Positions 9,366 to 18,182 of a stretch of DNA of 64,000 nt are shown here, piece after piece. The translations under genes and the position numbers were made by a program. Below the pieces are notes generated by a model. That model saw nothing but the letters and a program-made list of their open reading frames with translations. It was not told the origin of the DNA and did not search any database. Positions within the stretch are counted from its first letter, which is position 1. The number at the start of each line of letters is the position of its first letter. This DNA comes from Candidatus Latescibacterota bacterium (GTDB taxonomy: Bacteria; Latescibacterota; UBA2968). The DNA is taken from the NCBI GenBank assembly GCA_965222605.1, contig OZ244960.1:6112001-6176000 (forward strand), read 5' to 3'.

Positions 9366-10055
9366 TCAAAACAATGCGCCCTGTTCGGGCGGTTGCGCGG
9401 GTTTCAGACAGTCTGGCGTGTCATTCCTCGGACTGTTGACAAGGGTAGAAACAGGATGTGCGATCATCTCTTGTGCGGAATAGGAAACGAGAAGGTCTTG
9501 CAGGTCGGTTCGTTCTGCTGGATCGAGCCAGAGGTCATACGCGTTAGCCGGTAGAATGACGGGCATGCGATTGTGAATCGGTGCCATCAGGTCGTTGGGC
9601 TCGGTTGTGATAATGGTACAGGATTGGATGCTTTGTCCTTTGGGAGAATGCCACGATTCCCAGAGGCCAGCAAAGGCAAAGGGGGCGCCGGATTTGAGAG
9701 CGATGTACATAGGGGTTTTGGTTCTGCTGTCGAGATTGCTTTGCCATTCGTAAAATCCCGTTGCGGGAATTAGACATCTCCGCCTTTTGAAGGCCGTGCG
9801 AAATGAGGGTTTTTCCGCAAGGGTTTCGCCCCGCGCATTGATGAGTCGGTTGCCAATTTTGTGATCTTTTGCCCACGATGGAATAAGTCCCCATTTGAAG
9901 GTGTCTGCCCGCGGCTCGGCGGTGTTGGCAATCGCCGTGATATCCTGGCCCGGTGCGATATTGTATCGCAATGGCATCTCGTTGGGGAAAATAACTTGTG
10001 GAAATGCGAGTTGGTTTTCATCGCATTGGACAGCGTAAACAAATCGACCGCACAT
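9366..10055 (-). CDS. SOS response-associated peptidase (SRAP/YedK/HMCES family)
   Basis: MCGRF N-terminus; RYNIAP, WGLIPSW, INARGET, GFYEW and IHNRMPVIL. Confidence 0.95.
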   Translation of the reverse strand: MCGRFVYAVQCDENQLAFPQVIFPNEMPLRYNIAPGQDITAIANTAEPRADTFKWGLIPSWAKDHKIGNRLINARGETLAEKPSFRTAFKRRRCLIPATGFYEWQSNLDSRTKTPMYIALKSGAPFAFAGLWESWHSPKGQSIQSCTIITTEPNDLMAPIHNRMPVILPANAYDLWLDPAERTDLQDLLVSYSAQEMIAHPVSTLVNSPRNDTPDCLKPAQPPEQGALF

Positions 10056-10227
10056 GGTATGATTCCTTGTTCATAGTTCATAGATTATCTTCTCAAATAT
10101 GTATAGTCCCTTCTCGTCAAATGTCAAGGTCTTTCCCGTAATAATTTTGCTTGCCCGATGAAGAGTGTCTCATTAAATTGTGCCGCGTTTTATAGATTGA
10201 TCTTTACATTTCCGATTGGAGGATGTC

Positions 10228-11286
10228 ATGGCAGCAGAGCTGGGTTTTGGCGTTGTTGGACTGGGTATGGGCAAGAACCACTGTCGGTCTGTCACACGGG
10301 CCAAAGGCGCGAAGTTGGTGGCCGTGTGTGATGTGGATGAGGAGCGTTTGGGGCCGACGGCTGAGGAATACGGGTGCAAAGCTTATACGAGTTATGAAGA
10401 GATGCTTCAGGACGATGAGATTCAGATCGTCAACGTTTGCGTTGAGTCCGGAAAGCACGCCGAGCTGGGTATCCAGGCCGCAGATGCGGGCAAGCACCTG
10501 ATCGTTGAGAAACCCGCGGATATTACGCCTGAGCGCGTCGATCAGCTGATTGGTGCGGTGAAGGATGCCGGCGTAAAGGTCGGATGTATTTTTCAAGCGC
10601 GTTTGGAACCTCTAAACAAGCGGATTAAAGATGCTGTTGATAGCGGTAAGCTGGGCAAATTGATCGGCGTTCATGGCCATTTGCCCTGGTATCGAGCGGA
10701 CAGCTATTATCAGGGCGCGCATGGATCGTGGAAGGGAACGTGGGATCTCGATGGGGGAGGCTCGCTGATGAATCAAGGGGTACATACTGTCGATTTGATT
10801 CAGTGGCTCGCAGGCGGTGTCGAGTCTGTGATGGGCATGTTCGGCGTTTTTGGACACGATATCGAAGCAGAAGATCAGACTGTGGCGTTGTTCAAATTTA
10901 AGAATGGTGCGATTGGCACGGTTTATACAACGACTTGCTGCTATCCCGGGCTTCCGCAACTGGTGACGATTTACGGTGACAATGGGTCAATTATGAAAGA
11001 TGCTTCAAAGTTGATTTCCTGGAAAATTCAGGGTGAAAACGAGGCATCGGAAGAAGCAGAGATGCTGAGATTTTACGGCGGCCAGGAAGACAAACAGAAG
11101 AATATTTCAGCAGATCCAATGGCTGTCAGTTCCGATGGGCACACATTGATCATCGAAGACCTCATCGGGGCGATCAATGAAGAGCGCGAGCCTATGATTG
11201 GCCTGGAAAGCGCGCGCCATGCCGTGGAAATTATTACTGCGGTGTTTGAATCCGGGCGCACGGGACGGGAGGTTAAAGTGGGGTAG
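10228..11286 (+). CDS. Gfo/Idh/MocA oxidoreductase
   Basis: GVVGLGMG, HLIVEKP and GGGSLMNQGVHTVD. Confidence 0.9.
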   Translation: MAAELGFGVVGLGMGKNHCRSVTRAKGAKLVAVCDVDEERLGPTAEEYGCKAYTSYEEMLQDDEIQIVNVCVESGKHAELGIQAADAGKHLIVEKPADITPERVDQLIGAVKDAGVKVGCIFQARLEPLNKRIKDAVDSGKLGKLIGVHGHLPWYRADSYYQGAHGSWKGTWDLDGGGSLMNQGVHTVDLIQWLAGGVESVMGMFGVFGHDIEAEDQTVALFKFKNGAIGTVYTTTCCYPGLPQLVTIYGDNGSIMKDASKLISWKIQGENEASEEAEMLRFYGGQEDKQKNISADPMAVSSDGHTLIIEDLIGAINEEREPMIGLESARHAVEIITAVFESGRTGREVKVG

Positions 11287-11308
11287 TATAAATTCATCGC
11301 CAAAAATC

Positions 11309-11339
11309 AAAAAGCCAGACATTGTGTCTGGCTTTTTTT
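11309..11339. terminator. Bidirectional intrinsic terminator
   Basis: AAAAAGCCAGACA-TTG-TGTCTGGCTTTTTTT between convergent genes. Confidence 0.85.
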
Positions 11340-11357
11340 ATTGAGTCATAGATGGCG

Positions 11358-11708
11358 TTAGCCGGGGAATGCCTCCGCCATCGCCTCTTTGTCCGTGCCT
11401 ACAAATAGCCGCTCGCCGGTGTGTATCAGTGGTCGGCGTATCAGCCGGGGCTGTTCAACCATGAGGCGAATGAGTTCGTCCGCCGACACTTTCTCCCGGT
11501 CGAGTTTTAGCGTTCGCGCCGAAGGACTTCGCCACGAGAATATGTCGAAGGGCGGGGTATCGCCGAGCAATTCCCTAAGTTCTTCCTCAGTGAATCCATC
11601 CCTGAAGAAATCCCTCTCCTCAAAATTCACGCCTTCTCGTGAAAGCCACGCTTTCACCTTGCGGCAGGTGCTTCACCTGTTCCAGGTGTAAAAGTTGATT
11701 TCGGACAT
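11358..11708 (-). CDS. ArsC/Spx/MgsR-family protein, probable selenoprotein (UxxC)
   Basis: RBS AGGAG, ATG at 11708, reading MSEINFYTWNR-[TGA 11675-11673]-STCRKVKAWLSREGVNFEERDFF...PRLIRRPLI. The TGA sits where the family has the first Cys of CSTC. Confidence 0.85.
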
Positions 11709-11728
11709 TGATATCTCCTATAACTTTT

Positions 11729-11959
11729 TTAAGCGAACTCAAAAACCTTCAAGGGGATGGACTTTTTCGGTTTTGCCTGCCCGTGGACCATCAGGCGAAT
11801 CTTTTCCGCGGTTTCGCGGCTGAATGTCTCTTCGCCGCAGCGGTTACATACCGTAGCTGGAATGCGGTCTATCAGGACGTATTTCCCATCGATCTGGAAG
11901 ATTTCTTCTACCAACTCCTCACGGCTTTCCGCAGCACCACAAATCGAACATGTGAACAT
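11729..11959 (-). CDS. YgiT-type zinc finger protein (MqsA N-terminal-like)
   Basis: CSICG...IPATVCNRCGEETFS; RBS GGAGGT. Confidence 0.85.
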   Translation of the reverse strand: MFTCSICGAAESREELVEEIFQIDGKYVLIDRIPATVCNRCGEETFSRETAEKIRLMVHGQAKPKKSIPLKVFEFA

Positions 11960-11979
11960 GCTCACCTCCGCTTTATTGT

Positions 11980-14673
11980 TTACATAGAAACACCCAGAAG
12001 CCCTCGGGTAAATTGGAAGTCTGTGTTACCTATCAGAGGTGTTTTGGGTGTGTATTGCCGAGAGGCGACGGAGATGATCTGTCGCAAGAGGGTGTCGGCA
12101 TTGTGTTTGGGGTCGGCGTTGAAGATGAGGTCAAAGTCATCGCCATAGGACTGGGCTACGCGCTCTTCGGCTGTTGTTTGAAGCATGGGGGTCAGGGGAT
12201 GGCCCTGCAAGGGGTGGTCACCCGAGTAAGCGACGATGATGTGGACGCCTGTGCCGCCCAATCCCGTGAGGGTTTCCACCCAGTGGTCGGTCTGGCTGTC
12301 CATGATGTGATAGCCCGGTTGGGCGGGATCTTGCCCGTGTGCAAGAGTGGGCGCAGGTGGCGTGCTGCCCAGAACTTCGGATTGGTAGATGGGATGGGAC
12401 AAAAAACCCGCATTGTCGGGTACAACAAGCGTGGCACCTGTGCCGATCAGGATTTGGGATAAAATAGCGAGCGATTGTGCGGCAATATCGGAAATAGAAC
12501 CAGAAGCGTGAAGCCCGATGCGGAGCGCGGACAGGCTGGCGGGAGTGATTTCGGGAGGAGGCGTCTGTGCGAACTGGTCGAGAAAATAGGCTTCGACCTT
12601 GTCCAAAACAGCCTCGATACCGCCGTCGAGTTGTACGCTGGCCCATCCAAATGCATTGGGGCTGACCCCTTTGTCGTCCAGTGCGTGCCGAATATAGTCG
12701 TTGTGGGTCTTTTCACAGCCGTGTTCCAACAACAGACATGTGTGTACGAGGGGGTGGGTGAGGTAGCCGAGCATGGTGCGCGTGTAGAGGCGTTCGGTGG
12801 CTTCTCCCGATACGCCGCATCCTTCGGTGTGTGCGAGGGCGACAAAGCGCGAGATGCCCTTATCGAGCCCTAGGCCCTTTTGCGTGAGGCGTTTTGTCGC
12901 CATCAGCGCGATTTGTCCCGAACACAGGCTGGTGGGCAGAATCAGGCCCAGGCGGTCGGTTGTAACCCCATCCTGGGTGCGAATGGCTTCAAATCTGTAT
13001 TCGCCAGCGTCCGATGTCTGAATCGCGAGTGGCACACCCTGGGGTTCTGGCCGGTTTTTGAGATCGGGCAGGTGATCTGTTGAGGTCTGTCGCCAGGTGC
13101 GCCATATCGAGACTTGCGCGTGCGCGGCCTTTTCTCCTTTGCTGCGTTCTCCCGAGGCGATTTTGCAGGTCAGGTCAAACATATCGCTGCCGAGATCGTC
13201 CATGGGCGTGCCATCTAAATACGCGCCCGCATTGACATCCATATCTTTGCTGAGCAACTGATAGCGTTCGGATGTGGTCACAATTTTGATGGTGGGTACA
13301 AAGGGAAAGTTTGTGATTGAGCCGTTACCAGTGACAAAGAAGATCATGTTGCATCCGGAAGCTACCTGTCCGGCGATGCTTTCGAGATCATTACCGGGGC
13401 TGTCCATGAAATAGTACCCAGAATCGGTCATTGGTGCTGCGTAGTCAATGACGGAATCAAGGCGGACATCCGGGTGGCGTTTCATGGCTGCGCCAATTGA
13501 TTTGAGAACGATATTATAGAGGCCGCGAAACTTGTTGCCCCCGGAAGGGTTGCCTTCTGCTGTTGTGCCGTGCCAGGCAGCGAGGGTTTTATAGGCTTCG
13601 ACTTTGTCGAGAAAACATTGGGCGACATCGTGAGACGAGACATTTTGGAGGACATAGGACTCTGCACCGATGAGTTCGTCGGTTTCGGCGAGGTTGGCCG
13701 AGCCGCCGTGGCGAATGATCTCTCTTGCTACCCACGAAGCCAATGGATTGCCGGAAATGCCTGAGAATGCATCTGAGCCGCCGCATTGCAGCGCGATTTT
13801 GATGTGCGATAGGGGTTCGGGTGTGCGGGCCATTGCCTGGACTTGTGGCAGCCATTTGGCAATGATGTTTTCGCCCTGTTGTAGTGCGTCTTCAAAGCTG
13901 CCTTCAAGCGTGAGAAAGTGGTGCAGAACGTAATCGATGGGATAGTTGTTTTGCGCGAGATATTCCCGAAGGTGCTGATTGGTGATGGCTTCGTGGCCGT
14001 AGTCGATTGCGAGCACTGCACCGACGTTTGGATGTACTGTAAATCCGGCGAGTGTACGCAATAAGATGTCTTTGTTGTTGGGGATTTCGGTGCCGCCGCC
14101 TTCGGTATGGGCTACTGCGACAATGCCATCGATGTTGTGATAATCTCGTACGCGGTCTTTTAATCGCATTTCGAGTTGCTTCGCATAGCTGGCTGTGCGA
14201 GAGGATGTTCCCAGTATGACAATATTATTTCGCGTACCTACGCCTCGGCCTCCCGATCTTCTGTACCCCTGAAAAGTACCGTACTGATCATAGCGCTTGA
14301 CTTGCTCACCCGCCTCAAAGGTGGTCGCATCGATCTGGTGTGGAACAATGCGATCTTCAAAGTTGGGCACACCTGGAAGCTCAAAGTCGAGATCGCGGAG
14401 TTTGAGGGCGTCGAGGATCTCGGGGTTGCAGGCATAATCTCCGGGAGAGATAGGGTGCGTTGCAATGCCAAAGGGCAAGCCCCACGAGAGAAGGGGTTCG
14501 CCAGGCGCGATGGGCTGGATGGCAAAGCGATGGCCTTCGAGGATGGTGTGCCGAAGCGCGAAGGTCCGATCTGAATGGCTAATCTGCGTGCCTTTGTCTA
14601 ACTTGCAGGTCGCAATGCCTACGTTGTCTCCCGGAAGAGGGAGGCGACCGATTTCAGAAAATTTATGTGTCAT
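11980..14673 (-). CDS. UxaA/GarD-family sugar-acid dehydratase (SAF domain + full domain + second partial copy)
   Basis: SAF-like N-terminus; GRGVGTRN, HTEGGG, LQCGGSDAFSG and GNPSGGN; second HTEGCG...LEHGCEK block. Confidence 0.85.
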   Translation of the reverse strand: MTHKFSEIGRLPLPGDNVGIATCKLDKGTQISHSDRTFALRHTILEGHRFAIQPIAPGEPLLSWGLPFGIATHPISPGDYACNPEILDALKLRDLDFELPGVPNFEDRIVPHQIDATTFEAGEQVKRYDQYGTFQGYRRSGGRGVGTRNNIVILGTSSRTASYAKQLEMRLKDRVRDYHNIDGIVAVAHTEGGGTEIPNNKDILLRTLAGFTVHPNVGAVLAIDYGHEAITNQHLREYLAQNNYPIDYVLHHFLTLEGSFEDALQQGENIIAKWLPQVQAMARTPEPLSHIKIALQCGGSDAFSGISGNPLASWVAREIIRHGGSANLAETDELIGAESYVLQNVSSHDVAQCFLDKVEAYKTLAAWHGTTAEGNPSGGNKFRGLYNIVLKSIGAAMKRHPDVRLDSVIDYAAPMTDSGYYFMDSPGNDLESIAGQVASGCNMIFFVTGNGSITNFPFVPTIKIVTTSERYQLLSKDMDVNAGAYLDGTPMDDLGSDMFDLTCKIASGERSKGEKAAHAQVSIWRTWRQTSTDHLPDLKNRPEPQGVPLAIQTSDAGEYRFEAIRTQDGVTTDRLGLILPTSLCSGQIALMATKRLTQKGLGLDKGISRFVALAHTEGCGVSGEATERLYTRTMLGYLTHPLVHTCLLLEHGCEKTHNDYIRHALDDKGVSPNAFGWASVQLDGGIEAVLDKVEAYFLDQFAQTPPPEITPASLSALRIGLHASGSISDIAAQSLAILSQILIGTGATLVVPDNAGFLSHPIYQSEVLGSTPPAPTLAHGQDPAQPGYHIMDSQTDHWVETLTGLGGTGVHIIVAYSGDHPLQGHPLTPMLQTTAEERVAQSYGDDFDLIFNADPKHNADTLLRQIISVASRQYTPKTPLIGNTDFQFTRGLLGVSM

Positions 14674-14772
14674 AGATTGCGTTCCTTTGAAAAGTTTGTT
14701 CACAGTTATACGGAAAAGAAAAAATGATGTCAAGGGGTATGAGATATGAGGTAAAAAGCAATAAAAAATACC

Positions 14773-14831
14773 TTGACAGATCACATACATTTGGTTTATG
14801 TTTCTATCAGTTGTTTTATTAGTAAAACAAC
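14773..14831 (+). promoter_or_regulatory. Sigma70-type promoter plus palindromic operator upstream of the DtxR-feoAB operon
   Basis: TTGACA (14773)-18 bp-TATGTT; inverted repeat GTTGTTTTA-TTAG-TAAAACAAC at 14810-14831. Confidence 0.6.
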
Positions 14832-14875
14832 GGTTAAACGGCTAAACATACTCGTTCGAGGGAGGTGGTCAGGTG

Positions 14876-15397
14876 ATGGCATCAGATGTATGGAAAGAAT
14901 ATGAGAGCAACGAGATTTCTCACAGTGTTGCCCATCATTTAGCTGCCATTCACGAGTTGATGGACGATCTGGGCTATGCGCGGGTTTCGGATGTGGCGCG
15001 TGCGCTGGAGATTACCCGGGGCAGTGCATCGCTAACGCTCAAAGCCCTCAAGGCACGCGGGCTGGTCGTGGAAGATCACAATAAATTTTTGAAATTGTCC
15101 GAAGATGGCCGCCGCATTGTCGATTCTATTTTAGCCAAACGCGCCGTTGTTCGCAAATTTCTCAACGAGGTGCTCAAGCTCGACGAGCATCAAGCCGAAG
15201 TGGATGCGTGCAAGGTCGAGCATCTTTTGAGTGCGCAAACTGGTGAGCAATTGCTGCATTTTGTGCATTTTTTGCTCTCTGATGATCCCACTGCGCAACA
15301 ATTTCTCGCCGAATTCTGGAGCAAGTTGGGTCAGAATGAGGAGTGGCAGTGGCCCGTTCAGGATGTTGATCAATTATTCAATTTGGAGTCTCGATAA
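14876..15397 (+). CDS. DtxR/MntR-family metal-dependent regulator
   Basis: ARVSDVARALEITRGSAS HTH; EVDACKVEHLLS metal-binding helix. Confidence 0.88.
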   Translation: MASDVWKEYESNEISHSVAHHLAAIHELMDDLGYARVSDVARALEITRGSASLTLKALKARGLVVEDHNKFLKLSEDGRRIVDSILAKRAVVRKFLNEVLKLDEHQAEVDACKVEHLLSAQTGEQLLHFVHFLLSDDPTAQQFLAEFWSKLGQNEEWQWPVQDVDQLFNLESR

Positions 15398-15639
15398 TGG
15401 CTTATGCAACGGAGGCTGCAACACCGCTTTCAATATGGGGCCGGGGTGATGAAGGTACTATTGAAGGGATTTCAGGTGCCAATCAACTGGCGGCCCGACT
15501 GCGCGAAATCGGTGCTATGCCAGGTGTCCCTGTGCGCGTGTTACGCGTTGGGAGTACTGTGGTCATTCAGGTGGGTAGTAGCAGATTTTGCTTGCGGAAA
15601 ACCGATGCTGCATGCATTAAAGGAATGAAAGCAGCCTGA
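15397..15639 (+). CDS. feoA: Ferrous iron transport protein A
   Basis: RLREIGAMPGVPVRV...IQVGSSRFCLR SH3-like motif; directly upstream of feoB. Confidence 0.85.
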   Translation: MAYATEAATPLSIWGRGDEGTIEGISGANQLAARLREIGAMPGVPVRVLRVGSTVVIQVGSSRFCLRKTDAACIKGMKAA

Positions 15640-15646
15640 TTTTATT

Positions 15647-17827
15647 ATGGCAATGGATATAGCAGATCGAGAGCGACCTTATGTGGGGCGTGCCACGGTC
15701 GCTGTGGTTGGCAATCCCAATACGGGTAAGACAACACTTTTTAACGCTCTGACGGGGCTTTCGCAGCGCGTGGGAAATTTCCCCGGCGTTACGGTTGAGC
15801 GCAAGGTTGGACAATTGGCATTGCCCGACGTCGGTGCGATTGACCTGCTGGATTTGCCCGGTACATATAGCCTTTCAGCCAAGTCTCCGGACGAACTTAT
15901 TGCTGTTGAAGCACTGATGGGTTTGTTGAAAAGCGAGAGCACCATTCAAGCTGTGCTCGTAGTTCTCGACGCCAGCAATTTGAGGCGCAGTTTATACATT
16001 GTATCTCAACTTCTCGAACTTGATTTGCCCCTGATCGTGGCCCTCAATATGTTAGATGTGGCCAAGGCCAGGGGCATTGTTATTGATGCGCCTGCCCTGA
16101 GCGAGTGTTTGGGCGTTCCAGTTATTTCCATACAGGCGAATAAACGCGTAGGGCTTGACGAGTTGAAAGAAGCACTTTCTCGAGCGGTAGAAAAAGGCAC
16201 AGTACCATCGCGCAGGGCGGTATTGCCGCAATCCTGGTGGGCAAAAGCCGAGCAGTTGGCGCGAAAATACAAAGGTGTATCTACGGGGCTGGTGCTGCGT
16301 GTATTGATCGACAATCAAAATGCCTTTGCATCCCATGTTGTGGAACGCTTTGGCGATGACTTTGCCGCTGATCTTCACGCGTTGCGTGTACAGGTCAATG
16401 CGGATGACGCGCTGGCAAATCGAGAGATCGAATTGCGCTATAGATGGATCGATGAGATCCTTGAAGGCGTGTTGCGCGATCCCGAACCGCTTCGCGTGAC
16501 CCGTTCTGATCGTTTGGACCGGGTTTTGACTCATCCGCTGTGGGGTAGCCTGAGTTTTGCAGTGATTATGGCCTTTGTTTTTCAATCGATTTTTTCGTGG
16601 GCCGTACCCTTAATGGACAGTATTGACGCGCTATTTGGGGCGGTCGGAGCATGGGCTTCGGGCTATCTTCCCGAGGGTGCGCTACAAAGTATGGTGGTGG
16701 ATGGGGTGATTACCGGGGTGGGAGGCGTGGTCATTTTTTTACCCCAAATATGCATTCTGTTTCTCTTTATTGCGATACTTGAAGATTGTGGTTACATGGC
16801 TCGCGCGGCGCTGTTGATGGATCGCCTGTTAACGCCGTGTGGTTTGTCGGGCAAGTCTTTTATCCCCCTTCTGTCGAGTTTTGCCTGTGCGATTCCCGGC
16901 GTGATGGCTACGCGAACGATCAATGATCCCAAAGACCGTATTGCCACGATGCTTGTTGCGCCGCTGATGAGTTGTTCTGCGCGGTTACCGGTGTACGCGA
17001 TTTTTATTGGGGCTTTTATTCCCGATCAAGATGTTTGGGGTGGGATTGGGGTGCAGGGACTTACGCTTTTTGCGCTGTATTGTGTGGGGATTTTTGTGGC
17101 TATTCCCGTTGCGTGGATTTTGAAAAAGACACTGTTGAGGGGGCAACCCACGCCTTTTTTGCTCGAGTTACCGTCTTACAAAATTCCAGATATGGGCACT
17201 GTTGGGATGCGTATTTATCAAAGTGCGCGGCATTTTCTCGAAAGAGCGGGTACATTGATTCTCGCCGCGACGATTGTGATGTGGGCACTGGCGTATTTCC
17301 CGCGGTCTGAAACGATTGCCACACATTACGAGGCTGAGCGCGAGCGGTTAGCTGGGACGTCGGAGGAGATTTTGGATGATTTGCGTTCGAAAGAAGCTGG
17401 CGACATGCTCAAGCAGAGTTTTCTGGGACGGATGGGGCATGCTATTGAACCCGTCGTAGAGCCATTGGGGTGGGATTGGCGCATTGGGATGGCGGCGCTG
17501 GCATCTTTCCCCGCGCGGGAAGTGATTGTCGCCGTTTTGGGCACGATTTACAGTCTGGGAGAGGTGGATGAGGAGTCGACGTCGCTTAGAGGCGCGCTTC
17601 GGGCTGCGACATGGTCCGACGGACGGAAAGTGTTTAATATCTCGGTTGCGCTGTCTATTATGGTGTTTTTTGCACTGTGCGCGCAGTGCGTTTCTACACT
17701 TGCGGTTATTCAACGCGAAACAGGTGCCTGGCGATGGCCTATTCTGACTTTTGTTTATATGACGGTGCTCGCCTATATCGGCGCATTTGTGACTTATCGA
17801 CTCGGTATGGCACTTGGATGGGGGTAA
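15647..17827 (+). CDS. feoB: Ferrous iron transport protein B
   Basis: GNPNTGKT, VGNFPGVTV, DLPGTYSL and NMLD G-motifs; LEDCGYMAR and MSCSARLPV membrane motifs. Confidence 0.96.
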   Translation: MAMDIADRERPYVGRATVAVVGNPNTGKTTLFNALTGLSQRVGNFPGVTVERKVGQLALPDVGAIDLLDLPGTYSLSAKSPDELIAVEALMGLLKSESTIQAVLVVLDASNLRRSLYIVSQLLELDLPLIVALNMLDVAKARGIVIDAPALSECLGVPVISIQANKRVGLDELKEALSRAVEKGTVPSRRAVLPQSWWAKAEQLARKYKGVSTGLVLRVLIDNQNAFASHVVERFGDDFAADLHALRVQVNADDALANREIELRYRWIDEILEGVLRDPEPLRVTRSDRLDRVLTHPLWGSLSFAVIMAFVFQSIFSWAVPLMDSIDALFGAVGAWASGYLPEGALQSMVVDGVITGVGGVVIFLPQICILFLFIAILEDCGYMARAALLMDRLLTPCGLSGKSFIPLLSSFACAIPGVMATRTINDPKDRIATMLVAPLMSCSARLPVYAIFIGAFIPDQDVWGGIGVQGLTLFALYCVGIFVAIPVAWILKKTLLRGQPTPFLLELPSYKIPDMGTVGMRIYQSARHFLERAGTLILAATIVMWALAYFPRSETIATHYEAERERLAGTSEEILDDLRSKEAGDMLKQSFLGRMGHAIEPVVEPLGWDWRIGMAALASFPAREVIVAVLGTIYSLGEVDEESTSLRGALRAATWSDGRKVFNISVALSIMVFFALCAQCVSTLAVIQRETGAWRWPILTFVYMTVLAYIGAFVTYRLGMALGWG

Positions 17828-17831
17828 TGGT

Positions 17832-17993
17832 ATGACCGACTGGCAAAATTGGATTGTGATTGCTGTGGCACTCTGGTGTGCCTATCGCGTTATTGGCGAG
17901 GTTGTGAGGCCGTTTTTAGCTTCGTCCTGTACGGGTTGTGGTGGCGCATGTGAAGAAGAAGAGAAGCGCGAGGATTTGATTGAGATTGAATAA
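17832..17993 (+). CDS. FeoB-associated Cys-rich membrane protein (53 aa, below the ORF-track cutoff)
   Basis: MTDWQNWIVIAVALWCAYRVIGEVVRPFLASSCTGCGGACEEEEKREDLIEIE: one TM helix plus CxxCxxxC, 4 bp after feoB. Confidence 0.8.
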   Translation: MTDWQNWIVIAVALWCAYRVIGEVVRPFLASSCTGCGGACEEEEKREDLIEIE

Positions 17994-18026
17994 GCTATGG
18001 AAGTAAGGTCTTTCTTCTGCCACTTT

Positions 18027-18064
18027 GTAAAAACCCCCCAATCTACTGGATAGGGGGGTTTTAC
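18027..18064 (+). terminator. Probable terminator after the feo operon
   Basis: AAAACCCCCC...GGGGGGTTTT stem followed by T-rich sequence. Confidence 0.6.
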
Positions 18065-18069
18065 TTTGC

Positions 18070-18113
18070 TTGACCAGATCTTCTGATTTTCATATATTTA
18101 GTTATAACTAAAT
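18070..18113 (+). promoter_or_regulatory. Promoter with overlapping TroR/MntR-type operator
   Basis: TTGACC (18070)-17 bp-TATATT (18093); perfect 18-bp palindrome ATTTAGTTATAACTAAAT at 18096-18113, resembling TTTAG-N6-CTAAA DtxR-family boxes. Confidence 0.75.
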
Positions 18114-18182
18114 TTAATTTTAGCAATATTATATTACGTATTGTAGGCATGGATAATTACAGAACTTTTGTGGAGGATGTTA

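Noticed and set aside
10056-10100. LexA box upstream of the SRAP gene
   Set aside because: GTTC-N3-GTTC does not fit the LexA motifs I know (GTTC-N7-GTTC, CTGT-N8-ACAG, GAAC-N4-GTTC).
11358-11657. 99-aa ORF-track call, or a pseudogene reading of the ArsC-like gene
   Set aside because: The upstream RBS/ATG and the exact placement of TGA at the catalytic Cys favour selenocysteine readthrough; the rest of the gene is intact.
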